This document shows, piece after piece, positions 1-12,400 of a stretch of DNA of 64,000 bases. Numbering within the stretch: the first letter of the stretch is position 1; each line of letters opens with the position of its first letter. The translations under genes were made by a program, and so were the position numbers. The notes beneath the pieces were generated by a model. That model ran no database searches. It was not told the DNA's origin and worked only from the letters and a program-made list of their open reading frames with translations. This DNA comes from Perna viridis (lineage: Eukaryota), in assembly GCA_037379345.1 (NCBI GenBank), contig CM074522.1:17484001-17548000 (forward strand). The letters run 5' to 3'.

Positions 1-1154
1 GTATCCAAAGAGAAAAAACGCCGAATTGCTATACCCCACCTGGATATTTATAGGACGATATACACTTCCTGCCCCCTCACATTTTAAGATTTCAAGCAAG
101 GAAATGTAGAACGAGCCTTTCCATCAGCCGTTCTGTCACCAAACTACCAATTGCTGTTGATGTGTGCAGGATGGTTGGGTTTGGTATTGGCAGAGCTCCT
201 CAATTGTTATTTGTAATCGCTAGACTTAACCAATGTTCCTACAGACGATTTTGGATTGGCGTAGACGCCCTGCCTTATTCGATGTTTTTTTTATAAGCGC
301 CCTGTCCTTTTCTGTCAATATCCCCTAATAGTTGACCATTGTATTAGTATTTTATGACAAAAACACATCCCGAGGCTGTATTTTGGAGATGACGCTAGAC
401 CATATATGAAACGGGCACACATCTATGGGCAATAGATGAAAACCCCAAATGCAATTCAACTGACATATAACTATGTATTAAAAATCATATATTTCAAATT
501 TTAATAAAGGTAATTAGCAAGAAGATGTTTTGTCCTGTACATGTTGAATAGGTAAAACTAAGAAACATAAATTATTACGAATCAAAACCCTTGGCAAGCA
601 AAGATGACCTCTAACATTACAAAAATCTAAAGTTACATTTTCGGGTAATTATCAGCATTTATACAATAATGTTAACGAGGATCGTGGTAGTTTACAACAT
701 AAACATAATGTAATTTTTAGATGTAGAACATACGTCTATCTACCAAAACATCTGGAAATAAAAAAAAAACGACAGCTGATGTTTCCATTCGCCATGCACG
801 ATATTTTTGTAACAGAGCAAACTTAAATACTGGGACCATCTACATAAGTTTTCAGCTCCTATGGCTGAAATGGCGGATCAAAGTTCTATAGATTTAAAAA
901 ATAGCGTAGCGACAATAGTGCCGGATTCAAAGGGGATAGGGTTCAGGGGACTGAAGCCCCCGTTTTTGTTGGACAATTTTGTTGATATCGTGCAAATTTT
1001 GTGCAAAAACGAGCTAAAAAAGCCTAGACCCCCATTTCAAAATCTATGATGAAACAAATAAAGTGCAAAATTAGACTGACAACCGATTAAGTGTTTTGTA
1101 CATATATATTGTACTTTTTGCTTGATCCTTTTAAAGAAGGTAAATCTATTTTAA

Positions 1155-1525
1155 GCAGTAGTCTTTATAAATATCAGATAGAAGGTGTTCAGGTATGTAA
1201 AAACTCAAGAAACCCACTTTTATTTTTAATTCAGAAAAAAGTTTCAGACGACAAAACCCGTGTGAGTTTTTGCATTTTTGAGATAAAGTTTTATAGACTG
1301 TACATGAGATTGACACTTTGCAATAGTTAACGTTCTTGTTGATTTATGCGTGGTTTTCTAAAAATACAAATCTGCATGCAGAAAGGACAATAGTTACATA
1401 TATTTTAAAACGTGTGGTATTTAGATGGTGAACACATTGTTTTTCAGTGGAATGGGGTTTTTACACCCCGGATCATCTCCACCATTGGCAATGTCTGAAT
1501 GTTATATATAGATTGGCACTTTAAA
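1155..1525 (+). repeat. Old dispersed repeat, homologous to ~58970-59362
   Basis: Shared blocks in the same order: gtctttataaa.atca, tttttgagataaa.ttt.atag, tttgcaa.agtta.cgttcttg, tacacc..ga.tca, ggca.t.tctgaat, tgg.actt.aaa. Confidence 0.6.
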
Positions 1526-2106
1526 CCCTTTCAATTTCAAGTTTGCAATAAAGTTTAAAAACTGGAAGTCTAACGACGTTTTTCATTGTCCGAACAATTG
1601 TGAAATGGAATTTTGATTGAATTAAAAACTTAGTAATCCGTCAAATTACTCACTGCGAAACTCACTGATGCAACCCAGTATAACTCTTTAATGCAATAAT
1701 ATAACACCAATTTTCGTAATTAGGCAAATTTAATACCATTATCTACATACATTTTACAACGTATCCTGAATATGTATTGACTTTTGATAAACATTATGGA
1801 AAGAACATTTTTTGTCACGTTGTTTGATTTTGAAGTATAATAGTTTATAATAGACCATTAATGTTGGTGAATTTTCTTAACTTGCATAGGGAATGTTTCT
1901 GCATTTCTTTTGAGTAACAAATCTTTAAAAGACATGCTTTCTTCTAAGGGTGATCGATTTTTTTCTTCATATTAAAAAGAAACGTTGAAAATTCAATGGA
2001 TCAGTTTCAGTAACCATTCTCCGCCTCTACAGATCTTTTTAAATGATGTCTAAGAATTTTTCATTTGTAGTCAAATTTCCTTTTAAAACATTTTCACTTT
2101 ATCAAA

Positions 2107-2272
2107 CAGGGACGGATCCAGACACTTTGAAAAATAGCAGTGCCAGCCGGGCTTTCTCTGAAAAAGGGGGGTTCTAGGACATTATTTACCATTTTTTTAG
2201 TCGTCAAAAGAAAATGACAAATTTTCCAACAAAAAAGTGGGTGCCAACGGCTTGTACCCCTGGATCTACCAC
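2107..2272. mobile_element. Short GC-rich MITE with CAGGG(G/A)CGGATCCAG-type ends
   Basis: cagggacggatccag ... ctggatctaccact. Related ends occur at ~918-960, ~25275-25295, ~31492-31510 and ~59661-59678. Confidence 0.55.
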
Positions 2273-2393
2273 TATCATACACTATGAGTTCATTTAAAAT
2301 ACAAATTTCTAAGCAAACTTGCATAATGTCCAAAAGATTAATGCAACGTTTATCTTTTTCGAGTCGTAACAGCTAGGATGATATATTAAAAGA

Positions 2394-2845
2394 AAATCAA
2401 GGGAACCGCGGAACGGTAATGAAACAGAAGATAATTAAGAGATAACGACATGCCTAGGAAAATAAACAACAAAGAACACCCCCCCAAAAAAAAAACAAAC
2501 AAACAAACAAACAATAAATAAACAAAACAAATAACAAAACAAAAGAACAAGCACATTTTATCAAATGTAAACGGGCAACCCGAACTCCACTATAAACTGG
2601 GAGCATGGACCAGATGCACCGGTATAGTAAGCGTCTCCTGCTTTTCTAGAAACTTCTGCCGAGTTGCTCATGAAATGTCAGGTCCATGGTAGACGAAAGA
2701 GAGTAATGAAAACCATGCAGCACCGAACAAATTGGTTCTGACGGTGCAGATGGATACACCACAACTATCAAGAGGTCATGAAAAAATGATGAAGACGACC
2801 ATAAAACTTTTGTAGTGATGACTTTAATTTGGTAGCAACATAAAT
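2394..2845 (-). mobile_element. PLE family A diverged 3' fragment
   Basis: Reverse complement of the family A 3' UTR (aatcaagggaacc...ctgggagcatggacc...gagttgctcat) plus the degraded end of the RT coding region. Confidence 0.75.
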
Positions 2846-2994
2846 CTACATGTTAGACATGCTTACTCAACATTCACTTAAAGTCGATGCTTTTATCGAA
2901 TATATTGTATATTGCATAATACACATATGCGTTGTAAACTTCTGTCAATCATTGATGGGAATTGTTCTTTACAGATGCGGACGAAAAAGTTGTG

Positions 2995-4434
2995 ATGACT
3001 GGCGGATCTTTTGCTAATGAGGACACTTCTTTAGTCGTGTCCACACAACCTAAAACGTTATCCCGGAGGGAAAGCGAGGTTAGGAATAAATCAGCATTTC
3101 ACGGACCATTTGATGATGCCCATTGTGAGCGAAACTGGTCATCGGGTCTGTGTGCCTGTGGTAAAGACGAAAGAAGAAGTGGTAAGTTTGCAGTTTTATT
3201 CGTAAGAAATGGTTATGTTAAGCAGGTATTTTGTACTATAAAACATGATTAGTTAATGATTGCTATTATAATCATCGTTAAGTATTGGCTGTTTAGTTGT
3301 AGACGCAGAGACAAAACACCATTACTATACAATAAACACGAGCACATTATATCGAAAATAAGGTTAAATTATTAATGTATTATAGATATACAAAAATAAA
3401 CGTTGTATGTATCTTTTTGATAAGAATAACGTCTTCTCACATCTTATAAGAGACGTTCATATTGACATTCTGGTAAATTGACCTAAAATGGTCACTGGAG
3501 TAACTTAGTCAAAATTTAAAAACGATTCTTAGAATTTAATTTGCGCGATCAGTTTCAGTCCAAATTAAGAATTGATTTTTAAGCAAAACATTTTAGTAAA
3601 AGATTATTACTTTTATTTGAATCGTGAACTGTAGACCTATCGACGTAATGCCAAATTATTTTATACAAAAAATAAAAAAAAAATACCAAGGAGTCAGTGG
3701 TCTTACTTAAATATTAAAATTTTATATTGCAGTTTTTTCTTATATTTTTCAGGATATTGTTATGTATGTTGTTGGCCATACTTTAAGTATATGGTTGCCA
3801 CACGGTTAGGGGAAACACCATTTATGGCATTGATACCATGTGCGGCGTTCGCACTACGAATCAAAGTTAGAACTCTCTTTGGAATTAAGGTAGTTAACAC
3901 ATGTAGTAAGATCATCCGGTGATCTAATATTCACTTGATAATAACTGGATGTATATGAGTATACGGCCTCATAGTCTGGGGATATTTGGACAGGTGTCCT
4001 TGTCGAATGTAATTTGGTGCAATCGTATGTCTGTTGGCCTCGATCATTATAATTGACTTTTCTGAATCTGTTAAGTCAAAGCTATTTTATAACTGTCAAT
4101 ATCATAAATATTAAATTGCTTAAATCATACCATGTAAATTCGGTTAGTTATTTTACTAAAAGCAAGTATGTTTTTGCATCGTATTGATGTTTTTATTTAT
4201 CTTTCTGTGTTTCAATATTTTTGTAATGAAAATCTTGCAATTTTTACAGATATAAATGGAGAAAATGTATGGCTGAAAAACTTTGAGTGTACGGAATGCC
4301 ATTACTGTAAAATGAATCCATTCTCATGTTTGTTATTGCAGGGTTCCCTAGCTAAGGACTTCTGGACTACGTGTTGTTGTGAACCGTGTGCAGTATGTCA
4401 AATGTCAAAAGAGTTAGATAGTATAGGGATGTAA
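2995..4434 (+). CDS. PLAC8/cornifelin-family Cys-rich protein (about 138 aa, 3 coding exons)
   Basis: Exons 2995-3181 (acceptor at 2973-2974, so the true start may lie in an upstream exon), 3753-3889 and 4342-4434. All introns are GT-AG and phases match (1, 0). Spliced product: ...VVSTQP...RNWSSGLCACGKDERRSG-YCYVCCWPYFKYMVATRLGETPFMALIPCAAFALRIKVRTLFGIK-GSLAKDFWTTCCCEPCAVCQMSKELDSIGM*. It carries the PLAC8 motifs WxxGLCxC, RxxxRxxxGIxG and CxxCAxCQ. AATAAA at 4698-4703. Confidence 0.88.
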
Positions 4435-5490
4435 TGTTCCGACCTTGTCAGAGGACTCTGTCTCTAAAAATAATTGTGCGCTATGTAGACATTCACCAGT
4501 TCAGTGCAATATACCATATAAACAGTGGCGTAAAACCCCTCTTTGTGTTCATTTTGATAGGCAGTAAATTATCTTAGGGATGACTTTCTTCAAATTCATA
4601 TTTATATTCATCACATGATTTGAGAAAAAAGTTTCATTCTATCCATTTCACATTTATACAGCAAATTAAATTTTACTATTTTGTTATATTTATGCCAAAT
4701 AAAAACGTGTATGTTTTCTATTACCCTACCCGCCCTATTTTGTCTGCTGAAATAGCATACCATAAAGTTGTTTTGTCATTTTTCAATAACCACCGTTGAA
4801 ATTAGAATATTTCTCCAATAAAATAGTGAAATAAAATGTTCCACCTACTGACCCTATTTTTTCAAAGGCGTTATAGGAAACACTCATGTTATTATTATTA
4901 TTTTTTTGCCTTACTTTTTCAAGTTCTTGTTATGATGTTACTTTCATTTTAGAATTGTACAGTTGTAGATACACGTGTTTACATTCGAATAATACTTATA
5001 TAGGATAAACAAAAACAAAAAACAAAAAAAATGAAAAGTAGTTTTCTATGTTTTTCCTAACACGTACAGGAAAAAATACAATATATGGTAACATAATATT
5101 TTACAAGTGATTTTTAAAACAGGTTAAATGCAATCATAAATTATTTTTCAGTTTTTAAGAAATAACTCTAAAATATTTTAATGAAAATTACATGGTTAGA
5201 ATATTCTTACCAAATAACTCATATGAACAAAAAGAATAATTCTTTACCGGTCCTTATTGTATTTTTTATATGTTTTAAAAAAATATGAACATATATATAT
5301 ATTGCAATTTTCCCTGAGTATTTGATATTTAGGAGTTAATATTTGATATTTATGAGTTAAATTAGAAGAAACTCTGGTTTTATCGGTGGTAAGACGCCAA
5401 CAGTCGAGACACAAATATGAATAGGATGCTCATATGTATATAACTCTATTTCTCATTATACCGCAAACAAGTAGTGTAAATACTTCTTGA

Positions 5491-5877
5491 AAGAGTAATC
5501 AAGGGAACCAAGGTTAAAGCGGTAATCAATGAGTAATCAAGGAAACCAAGGTTAAAGCGGTAATCAAAAGAATGTAATCCAGGGGAAACAGACATACACA
5601 ACAAAGAACATAAAGTAAGTAAAATCATATATACAAAGTGACAAAAGCAAATGAGCCACTCGGACTCCACTAAACACTGGGAGCATGGACCAGGTGCACC
5701 GGTAGGGTAATTGTCCTCTGTATTTTTTCTGAAACACCCACCGAGTTGCTCATAAAAAGTCAAGTCTGGGGTAGGCGAAAGAGGAAAGGAAAACTACGAC
5801 ACGTTGAATAAAACAGTTTTCATGGCGCAGATGGACACACCGTAACAATCCACGAGTTCATGATGACGACCATAAAT
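5491..5877 (-). mobile_element. PLE family A 3' fragment, with a ~40-bp terminal tandem duplication
   Basis: Close match to the reverse complement of ~61740-62068. The segment gagtaatcaagg(g/a)aaccaaggttaaagcggtaatcaa occurs twice. Confidence 0.85.
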
Positions 5878-7124
5878 TAGGATTGTTTAAAGATAATACG
5901 TCATCTATATGAGTCATGAAATTAAACATAATTCAATTATATATATATATATAAAAAAAATTATAATTTTTAAAAGCATAATTCTTATATACATTTAGGT
6001 AAATTCTCTTTGCATTCAACATTCTGGCAACCAACTATTTCATCAATTCAAAACAACGCGATAATTCAAATACGATTTGTTTAAAGGACAAATGACTATA
6101 ACCTTTTCGACGTTCGATGTCCCATATATTTGCAGATAATACATTTCAAAGACCAATTGAAAGAGTTATCGTTAAGGCCATTTATATTGAAGATTAATGG
6201 CAGAAACGATACAAATCTTCAAGATATTATTGTTAGTGAATTGACTTTCAATTGTCATATTTTCTCATGACTATGATATTCGCGTCAATGGAAACTTGTT
6301 GGAGTCAAAACAAGTCTCAGTTATAAACGTTTGAGGTAAGCAAGTTTTTAAATGAGTTGTTTGTAAATATTGTCCAATCTTTTTATTCTGCACAAAATGT
6401 TACCATATTTTGCCACTAAGCTAGAAAATGTTCCTCTCCAGTGTGTTTTTGTGAATAAAAAATGTAAAGAAACTTTGAAAAATTTTAAATACAAAAGAAA
6501 TACTATACTGCAAATATAAAAACAAGTACTTGAGTGTGGTTTCGTCAGAAAGCATCACACAAGTTGTATGTTTTGTATCGCCATTACGATCTATTTGTCC
6601 CCTGTCTACCTATACCACTCCATCTTAATTCAATACCGAGAACACCAAATGATTTGCTTGAAACAAAGTATTTGCATTAAGTAACTTTGTAATATTTTTA
6701 TTTAAAAAAAGGAGATGTGATTATTCTTTTAGTATTTTAGATGCATTTAACACATCTTTGTTTCTTTTCCAAATGGCTACAGCACCATTACCCTTCAACA
6801 CAATATTCCTTGTCGTCGACATTAGCATTGAAAAGGAGGTAACATAAGAAGGCAATAGAGGAACAGTAAATATAACAAAACTGACAAAAAAGAAGAATTT
6901 ACAGATATTGACTAATGAATGAACAAAAGCTTTATAGACGGTTGAACGAACATGAACACACAACAAAGAAAAAAAACATAGACTTGCTCCCTTGCTCCCA
7001 AAAACCTTTACAATAATAATAAACATGGGTGTACAATAGGCGCCAGAGACTAAGCAGAAACACCAAAACAAAAAAACAAAAACAAAAAAAAACAAAAAAC
7101 AAACAAACAAAAAAAAAAACACCA

Positions 7125-7890
7125 AAAAATGAACATAAGCATACATACATTGTATGGCGATAGAAAAATGAACATAGACATACATATGGCGATAGAAACG
7201 TAAACATATACAAACAGAAGTAAGAAAAATGAACATAGAAATACTGCAATCGAAAGACAAATGAACATACATATATGGAAATTGACATAAAAAAATAAAC
7301 AAAATCGTAGGAGTGCGAAATAAAACATGAACGTAGGTATATTGCATCTGACTATCAAATTTAAATAAATATAAACATATAGGAAAACGACAGAAAAACC
7401 CACATAAAAATGAAGTATACTTTATGAAACCGACAGTAAAATTAACGTAGATGTATGGAAACCGACAGAAAAAATATACGTAGATGTATAGAAACTGACA
7501 GTAAAACTAACGTAGACGTATGGGAACCGACAGAAAAAATATAGTAGACGTATGGGAACCGACAGAAAAAATATCGTAGATGTATGGGAACCGACAATAA
7601 AATGAACATAGGCGTATGGAAACCGACAGTAAAATGAAGTAGGCGTATTGGAAACTGGCGGAAAATTAAGTAGACGTAAGGAAACCGACAGAAAAATGAA
7701 CGTAGGCGTATGGAAACTAAAAGTAAAAATTAATATTAGCATATGGAGACCGACAGTAACAAAAAAGTTAACGTAGACGTATGGAAACCGATAGAAAAAT
7801 GAAGTAGACGTACAGAAACCGACAGTAAAATAAACGTAGACGTACGGAAACCGAAAGAAAATTGAACGCAGACATACAAAGGGCGACATA
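7125..7890. repeat. ~30-31-bp minisatellite (consensus approximately aaatgaacgtagacgtatggaaaccgacagaa)
   Basis: Directly visible tandem units, most homogeneous at 7420-7870 and degenerate on both flanks. Confidence 0.9.
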
Positions 7891-7939
7891 AATAGTAAGC
7901 ATTAGAAAAACATACTGCCTCCGACTATCGAGGTAAAAG

Positions 7940-8168
7940 GAAAACAAGGGTACCAGGACTCGAAAGGTAACCAAAAAGAACATAATCCAAGAACAATTTT
8001 AAATCGACTTCACAGATAAAATAGACGCACAACAAAGAACATGCTATGATCACAAAAGCATGTAAAAAAAAAAAACAAAAGTATTTGAACAACCCGCCTC
8101 CATTAAAAAAATTGTGAGCTTGTACCAGGTGCACCAATAGAGTAAGCGTCCTCTGCTTTTCTAGAAAC
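7940..8168 (-). mobile_element. PLE family A diverged 3' fragment
   Basis: Contains accaggtgcacc..gtaagcgtcctctgcttttctagaaac and a degraded 3' end. Confidence 0.7.
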
Positions 8169-9465
8169 AATGACTAAGTTGCATGCGAAAAAAAAATAAA
8201 CATAACAATTAAAGCATAAAGATGAAACCAATAATATGAATACAGACATAACGAAATGGACAGTAAAAAAAACATGAAGGTATCAAAACCAACAACAATA
8301 CGAACAGAGCCACATTAAACGACAGAACAAAATGATATGAACATGAAATAAAATGAATAAGACGAATAGATATGAACAGAAAGAAAAAGATGAAAATAAA
8401 GTTGAACATTCAGAAACTATAGAAAAATTATATGAAATAAACAGACGAAATACGAAACATGCAGCAAGTCTAGTGTATACCCACTGTTTTTAGAACACAT
8501 CCCAAACTAGATGTCCGTTAACACAGCAAAATACGTTACTATAAATATATCTTAAAACTGTCAATAAATTGTACGTTGGAAATAACAAATTTTGAAATGA
8601 AAATGCATATTAACGAACTGTCATTTAGTTTCACAATTGTGCATTATGCCACAAAAAAACCAAAACAAACAAACAAACACAAAACACAAAACAAAACAAA
8701 AAATCATGGCTTGGAAAAATATGCAGTTTTTGCAATCAAATCATCTATACATGCAAAGCTAGCTGCTATAAATATTATGAAACCAAAAAAAATGCCATGT
8801 GTAAAATAAAACAAAAATAAAGTTGTTACATTCAACAAGAAATAATTACCATATTTCAGGAGCCTAACCCATTCCATAGGGATATAAAAACTCGTTATGT
8901 ATAAACTTTATTAACTTACGATGATATCTATAGCAACGTTTTTTTCAAAGCCTATGACGAAACGAAGCATTTTCGCACACCGATACGTTTTCAAAACAAA
9001 AATAAAATTTAATGAAGCAATTTACAAAATCCTGTGGGCGCCTGTCAACTTGTTAACACTGATACGAAGAGCCAACTTGAATGCCAAATATTATAAATTA
9101 AGAAAGGTTTGATATATCATGAATGTGGGTTGTAGCATTGCATATAATCATGAGTTTTGGCATTGAAAAACATGTTTTTGATTTTAAGAGTATATTGAGC
9201 AACATTTGAATAATCGATGAGTAAGGAATCACGTTGTTAAAAGAAGGAAATTAAATCTAATTAGTCATTCATAGTGAGGAAATATTAAACATCAGCGAAC
9301 AAAGAACGAAACTGATAAATAAATTTATTCGAGGTGATAAAAGAACACCTACCTCAAAGCAAGATATACATGATTAAACTTTATTGAAATCTAACGTCAT
9401 AACTTTGATATAAGATTTACCTCAGACGATCTCGCTGTAGAAACATTGAAAACCCTGACGTGGCC

Positions 9466-12400
9466 ATGTGGACAATTCTGGCGGGAACAATAATATCCCT
9501 TGCTGCTGCGGCCAGCATTGAAGATCCTCTGTTATTGAAAGACTGGGTCACAGATTTACCTGTTACACCGAAGGGAGGTATATTTTTAATTATCATTTAC
9601 GTGCTTATCTTGTCCCATATTGAAAGTTCAATAAAAATTTCTAGCTTTGTCAACAAATGTAAAACGTTTTATTTATCTTGCAATATTTTAATTAAAGATA
9701 AATTATTTGAATAAAAAAGGGAAAAACCGTATGTTAATGCAACATTGATTTAAATTATATCTACCTTATACTAAGTAATTGGTTTTAATACTGATGATGA
9801 TAGGTTACTCTTGGAAACGCATTCAGTGCACCGTAATTTGTAATATTAAAGTGATTGATATTTTATTATATTTCATTCCGTCTATCGTCAATCTAAAGAC
9901 AATACAGTGCTCATTGATAATTGGAATTGTAATTAAAAGACTTTGAACACAATAACATTTTTATCATTTCATACACTCAATTATTGAGTCCTTAATTTCA
10001 AATAATTTATTTCTAAACTAATATTCTATTATTCTGTTTTAGGAAGAAGTGACAGTAATGTTCAGGTAAGTTTTCTTTATCGATAACCTTTAGCATCTGA
10101 TTAAGTGGTAGAACTTCTTTCATAATACTAGTGGATTCTGATACAATACTTCATATTCAAAAGTTTAAAAAATGTCAAAACCAACATTTGGGTTTTTTTC
10201 AGTAATTTACTTTGATAATCTCATCCAACATATAAGTAGTTGTGATTAAAGTGACCAAATATGCCTAACTTTTATTTTTTATAGAATTAAAACGTCGTCT
10301 ACGAAAAACAATAACGAACGAATTATAAGTTGAAAATAACGAAGATTCTTATATTTGAGGGTTTATATTACTGATGATTTTCATATTTCATATGTTCGAG
10401 GAAGATGATAAAAGGTGCACTATATCAACAGTTATATCAATGGTCTCTACAATACCGACAGCTTTTCCAGTTTAAAATTGCGGCCCCGTGCAGGTCCGGG
10501 TGTTAAAAGAATAGGCCTGCAGCAGCGCTAAGCTTGTCGTAAAAGGCGACTAAATAGTGCTCAGAAACCTAGCCGGGGGCTAGGCGCTCTGCCCATAGAG
10601 CAACTGGGATGTGTGCCCCAGGTGGTGGAATGGGGTACCCCTGGCGTGTTACATGCTGGGGTTGTCAGGCTATAATACGGAAAACCTGACCGCAAACCAT
10701 AGTGGTGCACCGTTTTGGGAAAGATGCCACGTTCCTCGCACGTGAAAGAACCTGCTGTGGTATTCGATAGGAGTAGGAACCTTTGCGCTCCGCCACAGGA
10801 GCCTAAATTGCCCGACCTTATCCACCCCCTTTTTCCAGTGGCAATCAAAATTTGTCGACCCTATTATCCTTGTGACCCATCCTTTTTTTTCATTTCATGT
10901 TCATTGTCTGAATATAGCTGAAATATTGCTGCTCGAACGTTAAACCCCAACAAACAAACAAACAAAACAAACAAGCGATCGCTTCGCGTGTGCTTTCCAT
11001 GGAAAGGTTATAGTATAATAGGTCACAATAATAAGTTCTAATAATTTTGTAACTTTTATTAGCAATACCAAGTTGAAAAGGCAGGGATAGCTGTAGCTGA
11101 CAGACAGCCTATAGTAGACATACATAACAAGTTTAGAAGGCTTATAGGTAGAAATGCCACAAACATGATGAAGCTGGTAAGTATACAGAATTATATAATG
11201 CCCATTTTGGAATGGTTTAGTAGCGGAAAATGTTTAAGCCTAAAAACGTCTTTTTGAATTGTTAATCTAATATATTGTGGCTTGACTTTTGGATGATTTT
11301 AGGTAAGCCAAAGACTTCACTGTCTCACTGTACAACATAAGACGCTGCATATTTTATTCTAAATCATACCATATATAAACTTTTATCAAACATTACTTAA
11401 TTCTTCTTTTTTTTAACAAAATGTGTTGATATTACTGTTTCAACATCTTATAATAGGATAATTAATTGGAAAAATGAATAACCAAATCATGAACACGAGT
11501 GCCGATGTAGCGAGTGCGCGGAACTTGTTCTTTCAGCTTTCTTTGCACGATTACTTGCATTTAGGTTATTGCCGATAATTAATATACTACCACATCAATT
11601 ACTAGTTCATAGATTTTCTCAAAAATCATCGCTATTTCAATATATATTTTAAACTTTGTAATCGGCGAATTAAAATTCTTGTGTTGAAGTTTTTGCGAGA
11701 GAAAGTCCGAGAGTGACATTACATAATTTATTTCACAATTGAATTTTCAAAATATTTTATCCAGGGAGCTGTAAATCACTGCTATCTACATAATGATGGG
11801 ATAATCAATGTATATTTTAGTACTGGGATGATAAGTTGGCGGAAACTGCTCAGCGTCATTCAGAGACATGTTCGTACAACCATGACCAGCTTGTAAACAG
11901 ACGACCTGACAGTAAGTACTCAACCACAAGTCCCTTTATGTAAAATATGTTGGCTTCTGTCTTGATGTTATTTGTAAAATGAGGAATCGAAATATATCTG
12001 TGTGAAACATATAATCGTTTAAAGTTATCGGAGCAAGGGTTTACTGATTATCAACCGACAACGTAGATAATTGGAAAATATGTAAATTTGTTTGTTGGCA
12101 CCTAGTACAGTTAAGGTATTCTATTGTTGAGTCGAACTTGGACGACTGAACAGGATTTATTTGTTTCGATGTATTTCTAGCTTTGCCCGGAATCTACGTC
12201 GGGCAAAACATGTGTGTTGGGAGTACATCTTGGGAAGAGTGCATAAAACAATGGTATGATGAAAAAATTAACTTTGTCTATGGATTTGGTACCAAAACTT
12301 TATCATGGATGGATATTGGACACTTCACACAGGTATGCAAATTATATTGTATAAACATTGATATATTTATTGCGATGGTAGTAACAGAAGATCGCAATTC

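Noticed and set aside
6721-7889. Long hydrophobic minus-strand ORFs (208, 155, 118, 117 aa)
   Set aside because: Produced by the A-rich minisatellite and poly-A/AAAC tracts; open in several overlapping frames with no domain signal.
7125-7890. CRISPR-like periodicity
   Set aside because: Units are head-to-tail with no unique spacers; eukaryotic context and no cas genes.
10471-11006. CRISP exon split by the retroposon insertion
   Set aside because: The rejoined flanks end in phase 2, whereas the neighbouring exons join in phase 0 without it.
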